A stretch of 64,000 nucleotides of DNA from an uncultured Aliarcobacter sp. (GCA_963664305.2 CAXXLV010000001.1:544001-608000); one strand, 5' to 3'; shown: positions 29,509 to 39,800, counted from the stretch's first letter. Made by a program: numbers and translations. The notes: a model not told the origin generated them from the letters alone.

Positions 29509-30952
29509 TTTTTTTACTCTCTACTATATTTAATATTTTTTCTACAAATGTTTTATATGTAAAATTTTTAATAAAAGATTCAAATTTTTCACTATTACAT
29601 TCATTAAATACATTTAATAATTCCTCTTTTGATTTATAATAAATCAAAACATCTTCATAATAAGGAGGATTATCCTTTTCTCGACAATCATATAAAATCG
29701 GTTGACAACCACAAGAAATAGCTTCTAAAACTCTTTGTTGTATTATATAATCTGCATGAGGAGCTAAAGTATATTTAGCACTTGAATAAACATCAACTAA
29801 AGCTTGTCCATAAGATAATTCACCTTTATAATAAGCTTTTGTTTGTGGGTATTCTTCCCATCCCCAACCATAAACTTCAATTTCAAATTTTTTTGATAAT
29901 TCACTTTCACATAACCAAATAACACTAAAATCTCTAACGATATATGGAATTACTTTTTGAACTAAGACATCTTTTGAAATAGTATATCTTTCTAATATTG
30001 AATCGATATAAGAATTATTAAACTTCAAACCTTTTTCAAGATGTTCTTTTAATTCATCTATTAAACTTTTTTCTAAATTATATGGTTTTACAATATTTGC
30101 ATAAGATGAACCGATAAATACAATTTTATTCTCTCTTTTAATATCTTTATTTACTTTAAAAATATTATCATTTATTGCAAAATTTTGTCTTTCATATGGT
30201 ATTTCTTTTCTCTCAAAACATTTATCAAAAAAATATGTCAATGAAAAAAAGTATTCTCTTTCTTTCTTTTGATATTTTTCTTCACTCATTATAAAAGGCA
30301 TTGGATCTTGAAACCATGTGATATTAAAAACTTTGTCATTACAAAAAGGAAATACATTATTTATATTTATTACAATATGTGGATTAAAATTATGATATTC
30401 AACAAGTACTGGTAAAAAATCTTGCATAGATTCAAAATCTGTCTCTTCAATAAATAATTTAACTTCATACTTATCATTTTCTTTTAAAACATCATGAATT
30501 GCTTTAGATACATATTGCATAACTGTAGTATATTTAGTAGTTGGGATGAAAATTCTAAGTTTTTCATCATTAAAATCTGGCTCTAGATTTTTATTTTCTA
30601 CTTTATATAATTGTATTAAATTATTTCTATCATTCTTAGCTATTTTTAATATTTCAACCAATTGATCAGTTAATAGTTTAGCTTCCATTGGATTATCAAA
30701 ATCATCATTATAAACAACAACTTTTGATGGTATTCTATATTTAGTAGTATAAAAAAAGTTATAAAAATTTTCTAAAGGAACATATTTACAATTTTCAGGT
30801 AAATTTTCTATTTCTTCATCTGCATTATAATAACATATTTGCTTGCCAAAAATTGTAGGATGACCTATATTAACAAGCTTATTTTGTTTGGCTTCTTCAA
30901 TCGCATCTGATGCATCAAAGAAATAACTATCATTTCCAAATTGATTTTGCAT
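29501..30952 (-). CDS. CgeB-like GT-B glycosyltransferase with unknown N-terminal extension
   Basis: WFQDP, IVFIGS, EVYGWGW, VYSSAK, QRVLEAISCG resemble the CgeB/Glyco_trans_1_2 C-terminal domain. Confidence 0.65.
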   Translation of the reverse strand: MQNQFGNDSYFFDASDAIEEAKQNKLVNIGHPTIFGKQICYYNADEEIENLPENCKYVPLENFYNFFYTTKYRIPSKVVVYNDDFDNPMEAKLLTDQLVEILKIAKNDRNNLIQLYKVENKNLEPDFNDEKLRIFIPTTKYTTVMQYVSKAIHDVLKENDKYEVKLFIEETDFESMQDFLPVLVEYHNFNPHIVININNVFPFCNDKVFNITWFQDPMPFIMSEEKYQKKEREYFFSLTYFFDKCFERKEIPYERQNFAINDNIFKVNKDIKRENKIVFIGSSYANIVKPYNLEKSLIDELKEHLEKGLKFNNSYIDSILERYTISKDVLVQKVIPYIVRDFSVIWLCESELSKKFEIEVYGWGWEEYPQTKAYYKGELSYGQALVDVYSSAKYTLAPHADYIIQQRVLEAISCGCQPILYDCREKDNPPYYEDVLIYYKSKEELLNVFNECNSEKFESFIKNFTYKTFVEKILNIVESKKND

Positions 30953-30953
30953 G

Positions 30954-31526
30954 TTATCCTTTCATTTTAAAATAGCTAAAAATTAAATGATTTATTATAC
31001 TATGAGCATCTTCAACTAAACCATATTCACCATTTTGTGTCTCAAAATGTAATTTTATATCAGATAATTCTTTTAATTTTCCACCATCAAATCCTGTTAA
31101 ACCTATAATTTTACAATTTTGTTCTTTTGCATATTCAACAGCTTTTATAATATTTGCAGAATTGCCACTACAAGAAATTGCAATAATTATATCTTTTGGA
31201 TTCAATATATTTTTTAATTGCATATAAAAAACATTTTCAAATCCTATATCATTTGAAATTGCATATCCAATAGCAGAATTATCAGATAAAGAAATAACCT
31301 TTAAATTTTTAATCTCTCTAATTTTTAATCCTATTGCTAAATCATTTGCCATATGAGATGCAGTTGCTGAACTCCCACCATTACCAATAATATAAATTGT
31401 AGAATCATTTTCTGCATTTAAAAGGATTTTATAAAAATCATCTAAACTCTCTAAATCCATTTTATTAAGTAATTCATTTAATCTAAAAATATAATCTTTT
31501 GCAAAATTTTTAAATTCCATAATCAA
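30954..31526 (-). CDS. gmhA: SIS-domain phosphoheptose isomerase (GmhA family)
   Basis: IGNGGSSATASH, ISND.GFENVF, ISCSGNSANI, TGFDGG, VEDAH. Confidence 0.88.
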   Translation of the reverse strand: MIMEFKNFAKDYIFRLNELLNKMDLESLDDFYKILLNAENDSTIYIIGNGGSSATASHMANDLAIGLKIREIKNLKVISLSDNSAIGYAISNDIGFENVFYMQLKNILNPKDIIIAISCSGNSANIIKAVEYAKEQNCKIIGLTGFDGGKLKELSDIKLHFETQNGEYGLVEDAHSIINHLIFSYFKMKG

Positions 31527-31530
31527 ATCC

Positions 31531-32208
31531 TTATAAAGCTAAGTAACACTTAGCTAATTTAAAATCTATCTCTTCATCAATATCTATAGAACTTTTTCTA
31601 TCCATTAAAAAAGCAAAAATATTACTTTTCAAAAAAAAACCTTCATTTTCTAAAAACTTATCTGTTCTACAAATATAAATAGCACCATTAATTCTATAAT
31701 ATTTTTCTAAATCTTGACTTCGTTTATTTAAAACATCATCTCTTAAAAATTTATTCATATTTCCATCTTCTGGTAAAGTATTACTCCAAAGAGGACTATG
31801 TTCCATTTCACATACGCTTACAACTGCATCTGCATTTTTACTTTCAAGTAATTCTATGGCTGCATCTATATGCTTTTCATTACGTAAAGGACTTGTAGCT
31901 TGAAGCAAAACAATATAATCATATTTTTTCATATTATCTATTGTATGCTTAATTGTATCAAAAGTACTAGATGTATCTTCTGCTAATTCATCTGGTCTTT
32001 TAATAGTAATTGCACCATATTTATTTGATATATTTAAAATCTCTTCATCATCACTACTTACAACTACATCATTAATATATTTACTTTTTAATCCGGCTTC
32101 TATACTCCAAGCTATAAGAGGTTTCCCTTCTAAATCTAAAATATTTTTCCTAGGAAGTCTTTTACTTCCTCCACGAGCTGGAATTATTGCCAAAAAAGTT
32201 TTATTCAT
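31531..32208 (-). CDS. neuA: CMP-nonulosonate synthetase (NeuA/LegF family); start probably ATG 32208
   Basis: IIPARGGSKRLPRKN, LQATSPLR, NGAIY, SIDID. Confidence 0.9.
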   Translation of the reverse strand: MNKTFLAIIPARGGSKRLPRKNILDLEGKPLIAWSIEAGLKSKYINDVVVSSDDEEILNISNKYGAITIKRPDELAEDTSSTFDTIKHTIDNMKKYDYIVLLQATSPLRNEKHIDAAIELLESKNADAVVSVCEMEHSPLWSNTLPEDGNMNKFLRDDVLNKRSQDLEKYYRINGAIYICRTDKFLENEGFFLKSNIFAFLMDRKSSIDIDEEIDFKLAKCYLAL

Positions 32209-33253
32209 TAAATATCCTAAAGTATTCACTTTGGGCTTGTTCAAAATCACTCATTCTTCCTATATCTAACCAATATTCATGAATTGGGAAAGATAAAACT
32301 TTTTTTTGTTTTTCTATTAATATATTAAATAATGTTGGCATATCAAAAAATTCATTTTGAGGAATATTTTCAAAAACATTAGGAGAAAGTACATAAATTC
32401 CTGCATTTACAAAGAATTTTTTTATTGGCTTCTCTTCAATTGAAGATATATTTCCATTTTCTATTTCTATAACACCATATGGTATTTGATACTCATACTC
32501 TCTAACACACATAGTTGCAATTGCATTTCCAAAACAATGAAAATCTAATAAATTAGAAAAATTTACATCTGTAAGTAAATCTCCATTCATAACAAAAAAA
32601 GGTTCATTTGGTTGTTGTTGTAAAAGGCTCAATGCTCCTGCTGTTCCCAATCTTGTGTTTTCTTCTACATAATCAATATTTACTCCAAAATCACTACCAT
32701 CTTTGAAATACTCTTTTATCATATCACCTTTATAATTTAGACTTATTGTAATATTTACAAAACCATGAGTTGCAAAATTTTTAATAATAGTTTCTAATAT
32801 AGGTCTATTTCCAACTTTTAACATTGGTTTTGGAGTATCTTCAGTAAGAGGTCTTAAACGTGTTCCTAAACCTCCTGCCATTAAAATTACTCTATTTCTT
32901 TTTTTAGTTACATTTAATAAAGTTGCTAAATTTACAATATCTACTAAATTATTATTCTCATCAATTATAGGTATTTGATATACTTGATTTTTTATAGCTT
33001 TTTGAATAATACTTTCTTTTGTTTCAGAACTATATGCAACTGTAGGATTTTTGAAATATAACTCTTTTATATCATCTTCTAAAGTATAATTTTTTAAAAG
33101 TCCCCTTCTTATATCTCCATCACTAAGTGTTCCTAAAAGTTTGTTATTTTCATCAACAACCAAGGCTATTCTAATTGCACCTTTATCTATGATTTGTAAA
33201 GATTCTTTAATAGTTGTGTTTTCAAAAACAAGTAAATTATTTATATTTTCCAT
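32201..33253 (-). CDS. CBS-domain nucleotidyltransferase (PtmE/LegX-like)
   Basis: N-terminal CBS pair (SDGDIRRGLL) plus MAGGLGTRLRPLT..PKPM, MNGD, WLDIG. Confidence 0.88.
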   Translation of the reverse strand: MENINNLLVFENTTIKESLQIIDKGAIRIALVVDENNKLLGTLSDGDIRRGLLKNYTLEDDIKELYFKNPTVAYSSETKESIIQKAIKNQVYQIPIIDENNNLVDIVNLATLLNVTKKRNRVILMAGGLGTRLRPLTEDTPKPMLKVGNRPILETIIKNFATHGFVNITISLNYKGDMIKEYFKDGSDFGVNIDYVEENTRLGTAGALSLLQQQPNEPFFVMNGDLLTDVNFSNLLDFHCFGNAIATMCVREYEYQIPYGVIEIENGNISSIEEKPIKKFFVNAGIYVLSPNVFENIPQNEFFDMPTLFNILIEKQKKVLSFPIHEYWLDIGRMSDFEQAQSEYFRIFNE

Positions 33254-33254
33254 A

Positions 33255-34412
33255 TTAATCCTTTAAATCATAAAATGTTTTTTTTAATATATTTTCCAAG
33301 TCAACTCTTTTTATTTCTTCAATAATTTTTTTGCTAGCACATCCATCACCATATGGATTTCTAACATTTAACAAACTGTTTTGAAATTCTAAAGAATATA
33401 ATTTCTCAAAAGTTTTTTTTATATCAAATTTATTTGCAGAGCAATCTATAATACTATCAGCTTTTATTCTACCTTTTTGTCTATCACCTATATTTATAGT
33501 TCCTATTTTAAAACTTGGAGCTTCTAAAAGTCCACTTGAACTATTTCCCACTACAGCATCAATAAATTGTAAAGCACTTAAATATCTTAGTTGTCCTAAA
33601 GAAGTGAAGCATATAGATTTATAAGAGTTTTTAGATACATATTCATCAATCATCTGATTTATAACTCTTCCATCTGTATCACTATTTGCTTTTGTAAAAA
33701 TGATATTTGTATCTTCTAATTCATCAATTGCATCTAACAATTGTTGGAATTGTTCTTTTGCTGTAGAATTTTCTAATGTTACAGGATGAAAAGTAACTAA
33801 TATATTTTTTTTATTTAGTTTAAAATCTATAGAATTTTCAAACTCTTCTTTTGTCAGAAGTTTTAATCTTTTGATATTTTCTATTCCCATACCACCAACA
33901 TTAAAAACTCTAGAAGGATGTTCACCTAATTGAATTACTCTATTTCTATACTCTTCTGTTGCAGTAAAATGAAGATGACTCATTTTTGTAATACTATGGC
34001 GAATTGATTCATCAAATGCACCTTCCGTTGTTTCTCCTCCATGAAGATGAACAATTGGGATACGAGCTATCATAGCAGTGCTAACAACACTAAATATCTC
34101 ATATCTATCTCCAAGAACTATCAATATATCTGGTTTTAGTTCTTCAAAAGCTTCACAAAAAGATATTTGAGCTAAACCCATAGATTTTGAAATACCTGTA
34201 GACGTATCAGAAGATAAAAGCATCTCTATTTTTTTATCAATTTTAAACTCTTTTTCTATCTCTTTATAAGTTAATCCAAATTCACTACTTAGGTGCATAC
34301 CTGTAACTATAAGTTGAAGTTGAAAGTCTTTATCAGCTTCTATTTCTTTCATAAGCCAATAAAGAAGTCCATATTCAGCCCTTGTACCAGTGACAACACA
34401 TATTTTTTTCAT
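33255..34412 (-). CDS. neuC: Hydrolysing NDP-sugar 2-epimerase (NeuC/LegG)
   Basis: TGTRAEYGL, LGDRYE, HGGE, TFHPVT, GNSSSG, NPYGDG. Confidence 0.93.
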   Translation of the reverse strand: MKKICVVTGTRAEYGLLYWLMKEIEADKDFQLQLIVTGMHLSSEFGLTYKEIEKEFKIDKKIEMLLSSDTSTGISKSMGLAQISFCEAFEELKPDILIVLGDRYEIFSVVSTAMIARIPIVHLHGGETTEGAFDESIRHSITKMSHLHFTATEEYRNRVIQLGEHPSRVFNVGGMGIENIKRLKLLTKEEFENSIDFKLNKKNILVTFHPVTLENSTAKEQFQQLLDAIDELEDTNIIFTKANSDTDGRVINQMIDEYVSKNSYKSICFTSLGQLRYLSALQFIDAVVGNSSSGLLEAPSFKIGTINIGDRQKGRIKADSIIDCSANKFDIKKTFEKLYSLEFQNSLLNVRNPYGDGCASKKIIEEIKRVDLENILKKTFYDLKD

Positions 34413-35407
34413 ATTAGCTCATCTTCTTTATAATCTTTAGTTGCTATACTTCCTACTATTTCATCCCATAGCATAGGATTTATTCCATTACCTGGTCTTT
34501 TTATTGCAAGATTATTTTCAGATAAAAGTTCACCTTTTTTAATATCCATTTTTGCAACAATTGATTTTCTAGCTATTTGCATATTTGGGATCTCACTAAA
34601 TGATGGTTTTTTAACACAACTTCCCAAAGCCAACTCTATATTTCTTATAGCTTTTACCATCGCTTTTAGTTCATCTGGTTCTAAACTTGCCTTATGGTCT
34701 GGTCCTTCCATAGTTTTATCTAAAGTAAAATGTTTTTCTATACAATAAGCACCCATAGCAACGGCTGCGATATCCACTTCAATACCTAATGTATGGTCAC
34801 TATATCCAAAAGCTATATCAAATGTATTTCCAATAGTCACCATAGCTTTTAAATTCACATCTTCCATAGGTGTTGGATATTCTGTATTTGCATGTAAAAC
34901 TGTTATATTTTCTTTTTTAGTCCCAGCTGCTATCAAAACATCTAAGGCATCTTCAATTTCACCAATATCAGCCATTCCAGTTGAAAGAATTACTTTTTTA
35001 TTTAATTTTCCTATATGTCTTAAATATGGTAAATTTGTGATTTCTCCACTAGGAATTTTAAATATTTCAAGTCCTAAATCATTTAAAAGTTCTATACTAT
35101 CATGGTCAAATGGAGTTGATAAAAACATAATATTTTTAGTTTTACAATAAGCCATAAGCTCTTTATGAGTATCAGAATCTAGTTCAAGTTTTTTTATCAT
35201 ATCAAATTGAGATTCATTTTTATCAGTTGTTTCTTTTTGATAATCAGCTTTTTGAGCATGTTTTGATACAAGTTTTTCAGCCTTAAATGTTTGAAATTTA
35301 ACTGCATCAGCCCCACTCTCACTTGCTACATCAATCAATCTTTTAGCAAGTTCAATTGAACCATTATGATTTACTCCTGCTTCTGCTATTATAAACACTT
35401 TATTCAT
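34409..35407 (-). CDS. neuB: Nonulosonic acid synthase (NeuB/LegI)
   Basis: IAEAGVNHNG, KIPSGE, LSTGM, GYSDHT, IEKHFTLD, C-terminal SAF domain KRPG. Confidence 0.95.
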   Translation of the reverse strand: MNKVFIIAEAGVNHNGSIELAKRLIDVASESGADAVKFQTFKAEKLVSKHAQKADYQKETTDKNESQFDMIKKLELDSDTHKELMAYCKTKNIMFLSTPFDHDSIELLNDLGLEIFKIPSGEITNLPYLRHIGKLNKKVILSTGMADIGEIEDALDVLIAAGTKKENITVLHANTEYPTPMEDVNLKAMVTIGNTFDIAFGYSDHTLGIEVDIAAVAMGAYCIEKHFTLDKTMEGPDHKASLEPDELKAMVKAIRNIELALGSCVKKPSFSEIPNMQIARKSIVAKMDIKKGELLSENNLAIKRPGNGINPMLWDEIVGSIATKDYKEDELI

Positions 35408-35979
35408 TTTACTAGACTCCCAGCTTTTATAAATCCATCTATTTCTATACTTTGTTTAGAAGTTGCATTACTTCCAAAAAAACTATTTTCTTTTACAGTA
35501 ACACCACCATTTATTACACTAGCTGTTGAAATATGACAATTATCTCCTATCACACAATCATGTTCAATAAGAGCTTTTGTATTTATTATACAATTTTTTC
35601 CTATTTTTACATTCGTATTTATCAATGCTTGATGCATTATGATTGTGCCCTCATCTATAAATGAATGTTTTGACACATATGCTAAAGGTGAAATTATTGT
35701 AGGTAAATTAAAACCTATTTGTTTTAAATTATTATAGATTTTAACTCTTATTTTATTTGATTCTATATGTCCTACTGTTATAACTGCGTTTTTGCAAGTT
35801 TGGAAAATAATTTCTAAATCATCATCACAAGCAATAATTTCATAATCTAAAACTTTTTTACCAATATTCTCTTTAATATCAACAATACCTATAATTTCAT
35901 ATTTATTTTCTTGCTCTATCACATCAATAACACTATGGCAATGTCCACCACCACCAATAAGAACTATTTTTTCTTTCAT
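35404..35979 (-). CDS. NeuD/PglD-family sugar acetyltransferase
   Basis: IGGGGHC, IISP.A, INTKALIEHDC hexapeptide repeats. Confidence 0.9.
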   Translation of the reverse strand: MKEKIVLIGGGGHCHSVIDVIEQENKYEIIGIVDIKENIGKKVLDYEIIACDDDLEIIFQTCKNAVITVGHIESNKIRVKIYNNLKQIGFNLPTIISPLAYVSKHSFIDEGTIIMHQALINTNVKIGKNCIINTKALIEHDCVIGDNCHISTASVINGGVTVKENSFFGSNATSKQSIEIDGFIKAGSLVK

Positions 35980-37115
35980 TATAAAATCACCGAACTTGGA
36001 ATATTTACAACTCTTTCTTCAAGATATTTTGCATTTTTTAAGTCTGTTTTTTGACAATCTTTGAACATTTCAAGTTCATTCATAAGTCTCCAAATAGGTC
36101 TTGTCATAACACCATTTTTATTTGAAAACTCTAAAAATTCATTTCTTTGGTTTATATCATTCAACAAAATAGCTTGAAGCCAATAGTTTGATTTTGAATC
36201 TTTTGGCTCTTCTATAAAATTTATATCTAAATTTGAAAAAAATTCTTTATATTTTGTTGCTAATTCTCTTTTTGAAACTAAAAATCTTTCCAACTGCTCT
36301 AACTGTGCAACTAAAAGTGCTGCATTTATATTTGGAAGTCTATAGTTGTATGCTATCTCATCATGTACATATTCATATGGATGGGGAATTTTTGCTGTTG
36401 TAGTGATATGTTTTGCTCTTTTTGCTAATACTTCATCATCAGTTACGATAACTCCACCACCACCAGAAGTTATGATTTTATTTCCATTAAAAGAAAATGC
36501 ACCAATTTTTCCAAAAGTTCCTGTATGTTTGTTTTTATAAAATGAACCTAAACTTTCAGCTGCATCTTCAACTAAAATAATATTCCAAATACTACAAATC
36601 TCTTTTATCTCTTCAATTTTACATGGATGCCCAAAAGTATGCATTGGAACACAAGCTTTTATGATTTTTCCTGTAGTTTTATTTATACAAATATTTTCTT
36701 TTAATTCACAATTTGTTTCTAAAAAATTTTTAAGTGATTTTGGACTTAAACCCATCGTATCTAAATCAACATCTATGAATATAGGTTTAGCACCAATGTA
36801 ACTTATTGCATTTGAAGTTGCTATAAAAGTAAGTGGTTGAGTGATAACTTCATCATCTCTTTTTACACCTGCTAATAATAAAGAAATATGAAGAGCTGCT
36901 GTACCATTTACAGTTGCTATTGCAAATTTACTTCCTACAGTTTTTGCAAACTCTTTTTCAAAAGTATCAACATATTTTCCAACACTTGATACAAATGTTG
37001 AATCTATACAATCATTTAAATACTTTTTTTCATTTCCAATAAATCTTGGTTCATGTAAAGGTATAAATTCATTTGTATTAAATGTTTCTTTTATAAAATC
37101 AATTATTTTTTGCAT
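35979..37115 (-). CDS. legC: LegC-family PLP aminotransferase
   Basis: PLHEP, FVSSVG, EDAAESLGS, FSFNGNKIITSGGGG. Confidence 0.9.
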   Translation of the reverse strand: MQKIIDFIKETFNTNEFIPLHEPRFIGNEKKYLNDCIDSTFVSSVGKYVDTFEKEFAKTVGSKFAIATVNGTAALHISLLLAGVKRDDEVITQPLTFIATSNAISYIGAKPIFIDVDLDTMGLSPKSLKNFLETNCELKENICINKTTGKIIKACVPMHTFGHPCKIEEIKEICSIWNIILVEDAAESLGSFYKNKHTGTFGKIGAFSFNGNKIITSGGGGVIVTDDEVLAKRAKHITTTAKIPHPYEYVHDEIAYNYRLPNINAALLVAQLEQLERFLVSKRELATKYKEFFSNLDINFIEEPKDSKSNYWLQAILLNDINQRNEFLEFSNKNGVMTRPIWRLMNELEMFKDCQKTDLKNAKYLEERVVNIPSSVIL

Positions 37116-38305
37116 TACATTTTCCCATCAAGATATTTACCAGTCTCTTTATGTCCAAAATCTGGAATCATTGTAAAAAACTCTTTTACTATATCTTCTT
37201 TTGTCCAAGATAAATTTGCTTTAAAATTTTTAATAGTTTTTTCAAAATGATTTAACTTATCTTCATCAAATAAAGCTTCATTTTTAATAATTCCAAGATT
37301 TTCAAATCTATTCATATCTAAGATTTCTTTATCTGTAAAAAACTCTTCAAAATCTTTTTCGCCTGTTGTATCACTTGAGGTAAATAAACAAGGCCATTTA
37401 CCTAGTGTTGGTAAAGTTTTTGCTAATTCTCTAGCTTCATCTTCATCTTTACATAAATATGGCTCATATCCTAAATTTTTTAAATATTTAACTGCAATAT
37501 CTGCAAAAGTAATAAGATGTAAATTTTCACTAAGTTTTGGGAAAAATATATCTCTATTTTCACCAAATATACATGACATTAAACAAAGTTCTCCACTTTC
37601 TTGAGGTGTTACAAAATATCTTTTTATATCATTTGGAGCGACTATTGGTTGGTTTTTTTGAATTCTTTGATTAAATCCATGAAGTAAGCTACCATCACTA
37701 AAAGCAACATTTGCAAATCTTGCCATTGAAACATCTATTTGTTTTGATTTTCGCATTACAAACATTTCCATGATTCTTTTACTTGCACCCATCATATTTA
37801 CTGGATTTGCAGCTTTATCTGTACTAACACAGAAATATTTCTTAGTTCCATTCTCACATGATTGTTGAAGAGTTTTATCTGTATTAAAAATATTTGTTTC
37901 TATCATTCTCATAAGAGTATAGGGGTCTTTTTCACTTCTTACATGTTTTAAAGCTGATAGATTTAAAACATAATCATATTTACCATCAGCTTTTATAAAC
38001 GCATCATATTCAAAACTCCCTATATCAAGAGCAAATGTGGCAAAATCTCCATCAATATACCCAAAACTACTTCTAATATCTCGAACTAATTCAACCATAT
38101 TATTTTCTGAGATATCAACAACATGAAGTTTTTTAGGATTTCTTTTGAATATCTCTTTTGTTACAGCTTGACCAATAGAACCAGCTCCACCGATTACTAA
38201 AAATGTGGAATTTGATACTATTTTTCTTAATTCTTCATCATTTTTATTTATATCTTCTAAAAAAAGTTCTTTTTGTCTTCCTATTAGCTCTAATGTATTA
38301 ATCAT
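37115..38305 (-). CDS. legB: NDP-GlcNAc 4,6-dehydratase (LegB type)
   Basis: GGAGSIG, SALKHVRSEKDP, STDKAANPVNMMGASK, RFANVAFSDGSL. Confidence 0.88.
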   Translation of the reverse strand: MINTLELIGRQKELFLEDINKNDEELRKIVSNSTFLVIGGAGSIGQAVTKEIFKRNPKKLHVVDISENNMVELVRDIRSSFGYIDGDFATFALDIGSFEYDAFIKADGKYDYVLNLSALKHVRSEKDPYTLMRMIETNIFNTDKTLQQSCENGTKKYFCVSTDKAANPVNMMGASKRIMEMFVMRKSKQIDVSMARFANVAFSDGSLLHGFNQRIQKNQPIVAPNDIKRYFVTPQESGELCLMSCIFGENRDIFFPKLSENLHLITFADIAVKYLKNLGYEPYLCKDEDEARELAKTLPTLGKWPCLFTSSDTTGEKDFEEFFTDKEILDMNRFENLGIIKNEALFDEDKLNHFEKTIKNFKANLSWTKEDIVKEFFTMIPDFGHKETGKYLDGKM

Positions 38306-38408
38306 TCGATATCCATAAAATTTATTTTTATATTACCAAAGAAAATATTTAAATAATATCATTTTAAATATTTTCTGTTAAAATTATTTTATTTATTAAA
38401 GGTAAAAA

Positions 38409-38621
38409 ATGCAAAATAGTACTATTCCAGATGATATAATCAAAATACAAAAAAAACTTGCTTCTTTTGAGAAAGATTCAAGAAATTATAAAAAATATAC
38501 AAAAATTTTGGCAAAACATATCAAATCTCATACTATGAAAAAAAGAGTTAATGCACATATCAAAACAATTGAAACAATTGAAAAAATGGAACAAAAAGGC
38601 ATTGATGATATTTTAAAATAA
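38409..38621 (+). CDS. Small basic hypothetical protein
   Basis: 70 aa ORF with SD AAAGG and extended -10 TGTTAAAAT (38376-38384). Confidence 0.7.
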   Translation: MQNSTIPDDIIKIQKKLASFEKDSRNYKKYTKILAKHIKSHTMKKRVNAHIKTIETIEKMEQKGIDDILK

Positions 38622-38666
38622 AAAATATTACAAATTGTAATAAAAATTAAAACTTTAAAAAATATC

Positions 38667-38675
38667 TGCTAAAAT
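38667..38675 (+). promoter_or_regulatory. Extended -10 promoter of recA
   Basis: TGCTAAAAT 42 bp upstream of the recA ATG. Confidence 0.6.
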
Positions 38676-38717
38676 CCCAACATAAAATATAAGAACAAAA
38701 TCAACATAGGAAATAAT

Positions 38718-39767
38718 ATGGATGAGAATCAAAAAAAATCATTAGAATTAGCTATCAAACAAATTGATAAAACTTTTGGAAAAGGTACACTTATTAGACT
38801 TGGAGATAAAGTTGTAGTTCCAACTGAAACAATTAGTACAGGTTCTTTAGGACTTGATTTAGCACTTGGTGTTGGTGGACTTCCAAAAGGAAGAGTTATT
38901 GAAATTTATGGACCAGAGAGTTCAGGAAAAACAACATTAACATTACATGCAATTGCTGAAGCACAAAAAGCAGGTGGAGTTTGTGCATTTATTGATGCAG
39001 AACATGCTTTAGATGTAAAATATGCAAAAGATATTGGTGTTGATACAGATAATTTACTTGTGTCTCAACCAGATTTTGGGGAACAAGCATTAGAAATTCT
39101 TGAAACTGTTATTAGAAGTGGAGCTGTTGATTTAGTTGTTGTGGATTCAGTTGCAGCTCTAACTCCAAAAGTTGAAATTGATGGAGATATGGATGACCAA
39201 CAAGTTGGTGTTCAAGCTAGACTTATGAGTAAAGCTTTAAGAAAAGTAACTGGTTTATTAAATAAAATGAATTGTACAGTTATTTTCATCAACCAAATAA
39301 GAATGAAAATTGGAATGACTGGATACGGAAGTCCTGAAACAACTACAGGAGGAAATGCCCTTAAATTCTACTCATCTGTAAGACTTGATATTAGAAGAAT
39401 TGCTACACTTAAACAAGGTGAAAATTCTATTGGAAATAGAGTAAAAGTAAAAGTTGTAAAAAATAAAGTTGCTGCACCATTTAAACAAGCTGAATTCGAC
39501 ATTATGTTTGGAGAAGGTATCTCAAAAACTGGTGAATTAGTTGATTATGGTGTAAAACTTGATATTGTTGATAAAGCCGGAGCTTGGTTCTCTTATGGTG
39601 ATTCAAAAATTGGACAAGGTAGAGAAAATTCAAAAGTATTCCTAAAAGATAATCCTGAAATTGCAAAAGAAATTGAAAATAAAATTCTTGAATCAATGGG
39701 AATAAATGATTCTATCATTAGTGGTGGTGCTGATGATATGGATGATATGTCTGATTTAGACGATTAA
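38718..39767 (+). CDS. recA: Recombinase A
   Basis: [37 protein letters not shown]. Confidence 0.99.
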   Translation: MDENQKKSLELAIKQIDKTFGKGTLIRLGDKVVVPTETISTGSLGLDLALGVGGLPKGRVIEIYGPESSGKTTLTLHAIAEAQKAGGVCAFIDAEHALDVKYAKDIGVDTDNLLVSQPDFGEQALEILETVIRSGAVDLVVVDSVAALTPKVEIDGDMDDQQVGVQARLMSKALRKVTGLLNKMNCTVIFINQIRMKIGMTGYGSPETTTGGNALKFYSSVRLDIRRIATLKQGENSIGNRVKVKVVKNKVAAPFKQAEFDIMFGEGISKTGELVDYGVKLDIVDKAGAWFSYGDSKIGQGRENSKVFLKDNPEIAKEIENKILESMGINDSIISGGADDMDDMSDLDD

Positions 39768-39776
39768 TACATAAAA

Positions 39777-39800
39777 ATCAAAGGAAACTTTTCCTTTGAT
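39777..39800 (+). terminator. Stem-loop after recA
   Basis: ATCAAAGGAAA-ct-TTTCCTTTGAT; weak U-tail. Confidence 0.6.

Noticed and set aside
31631..31639. A9 tract in neuA and similar A/T runs as phase-variation sites
   Set aside because: The genes are in frame, such runs are expected in very AT-rich DNA, and no poly-G/C contingency tracts were seen in the island.
20064..38305. Glycosylation island as a mobile element
   Set aside because: No integrase, transposase, tRNA target or flanking direct repeats seen; exchange by homologous recombination is more plausible.
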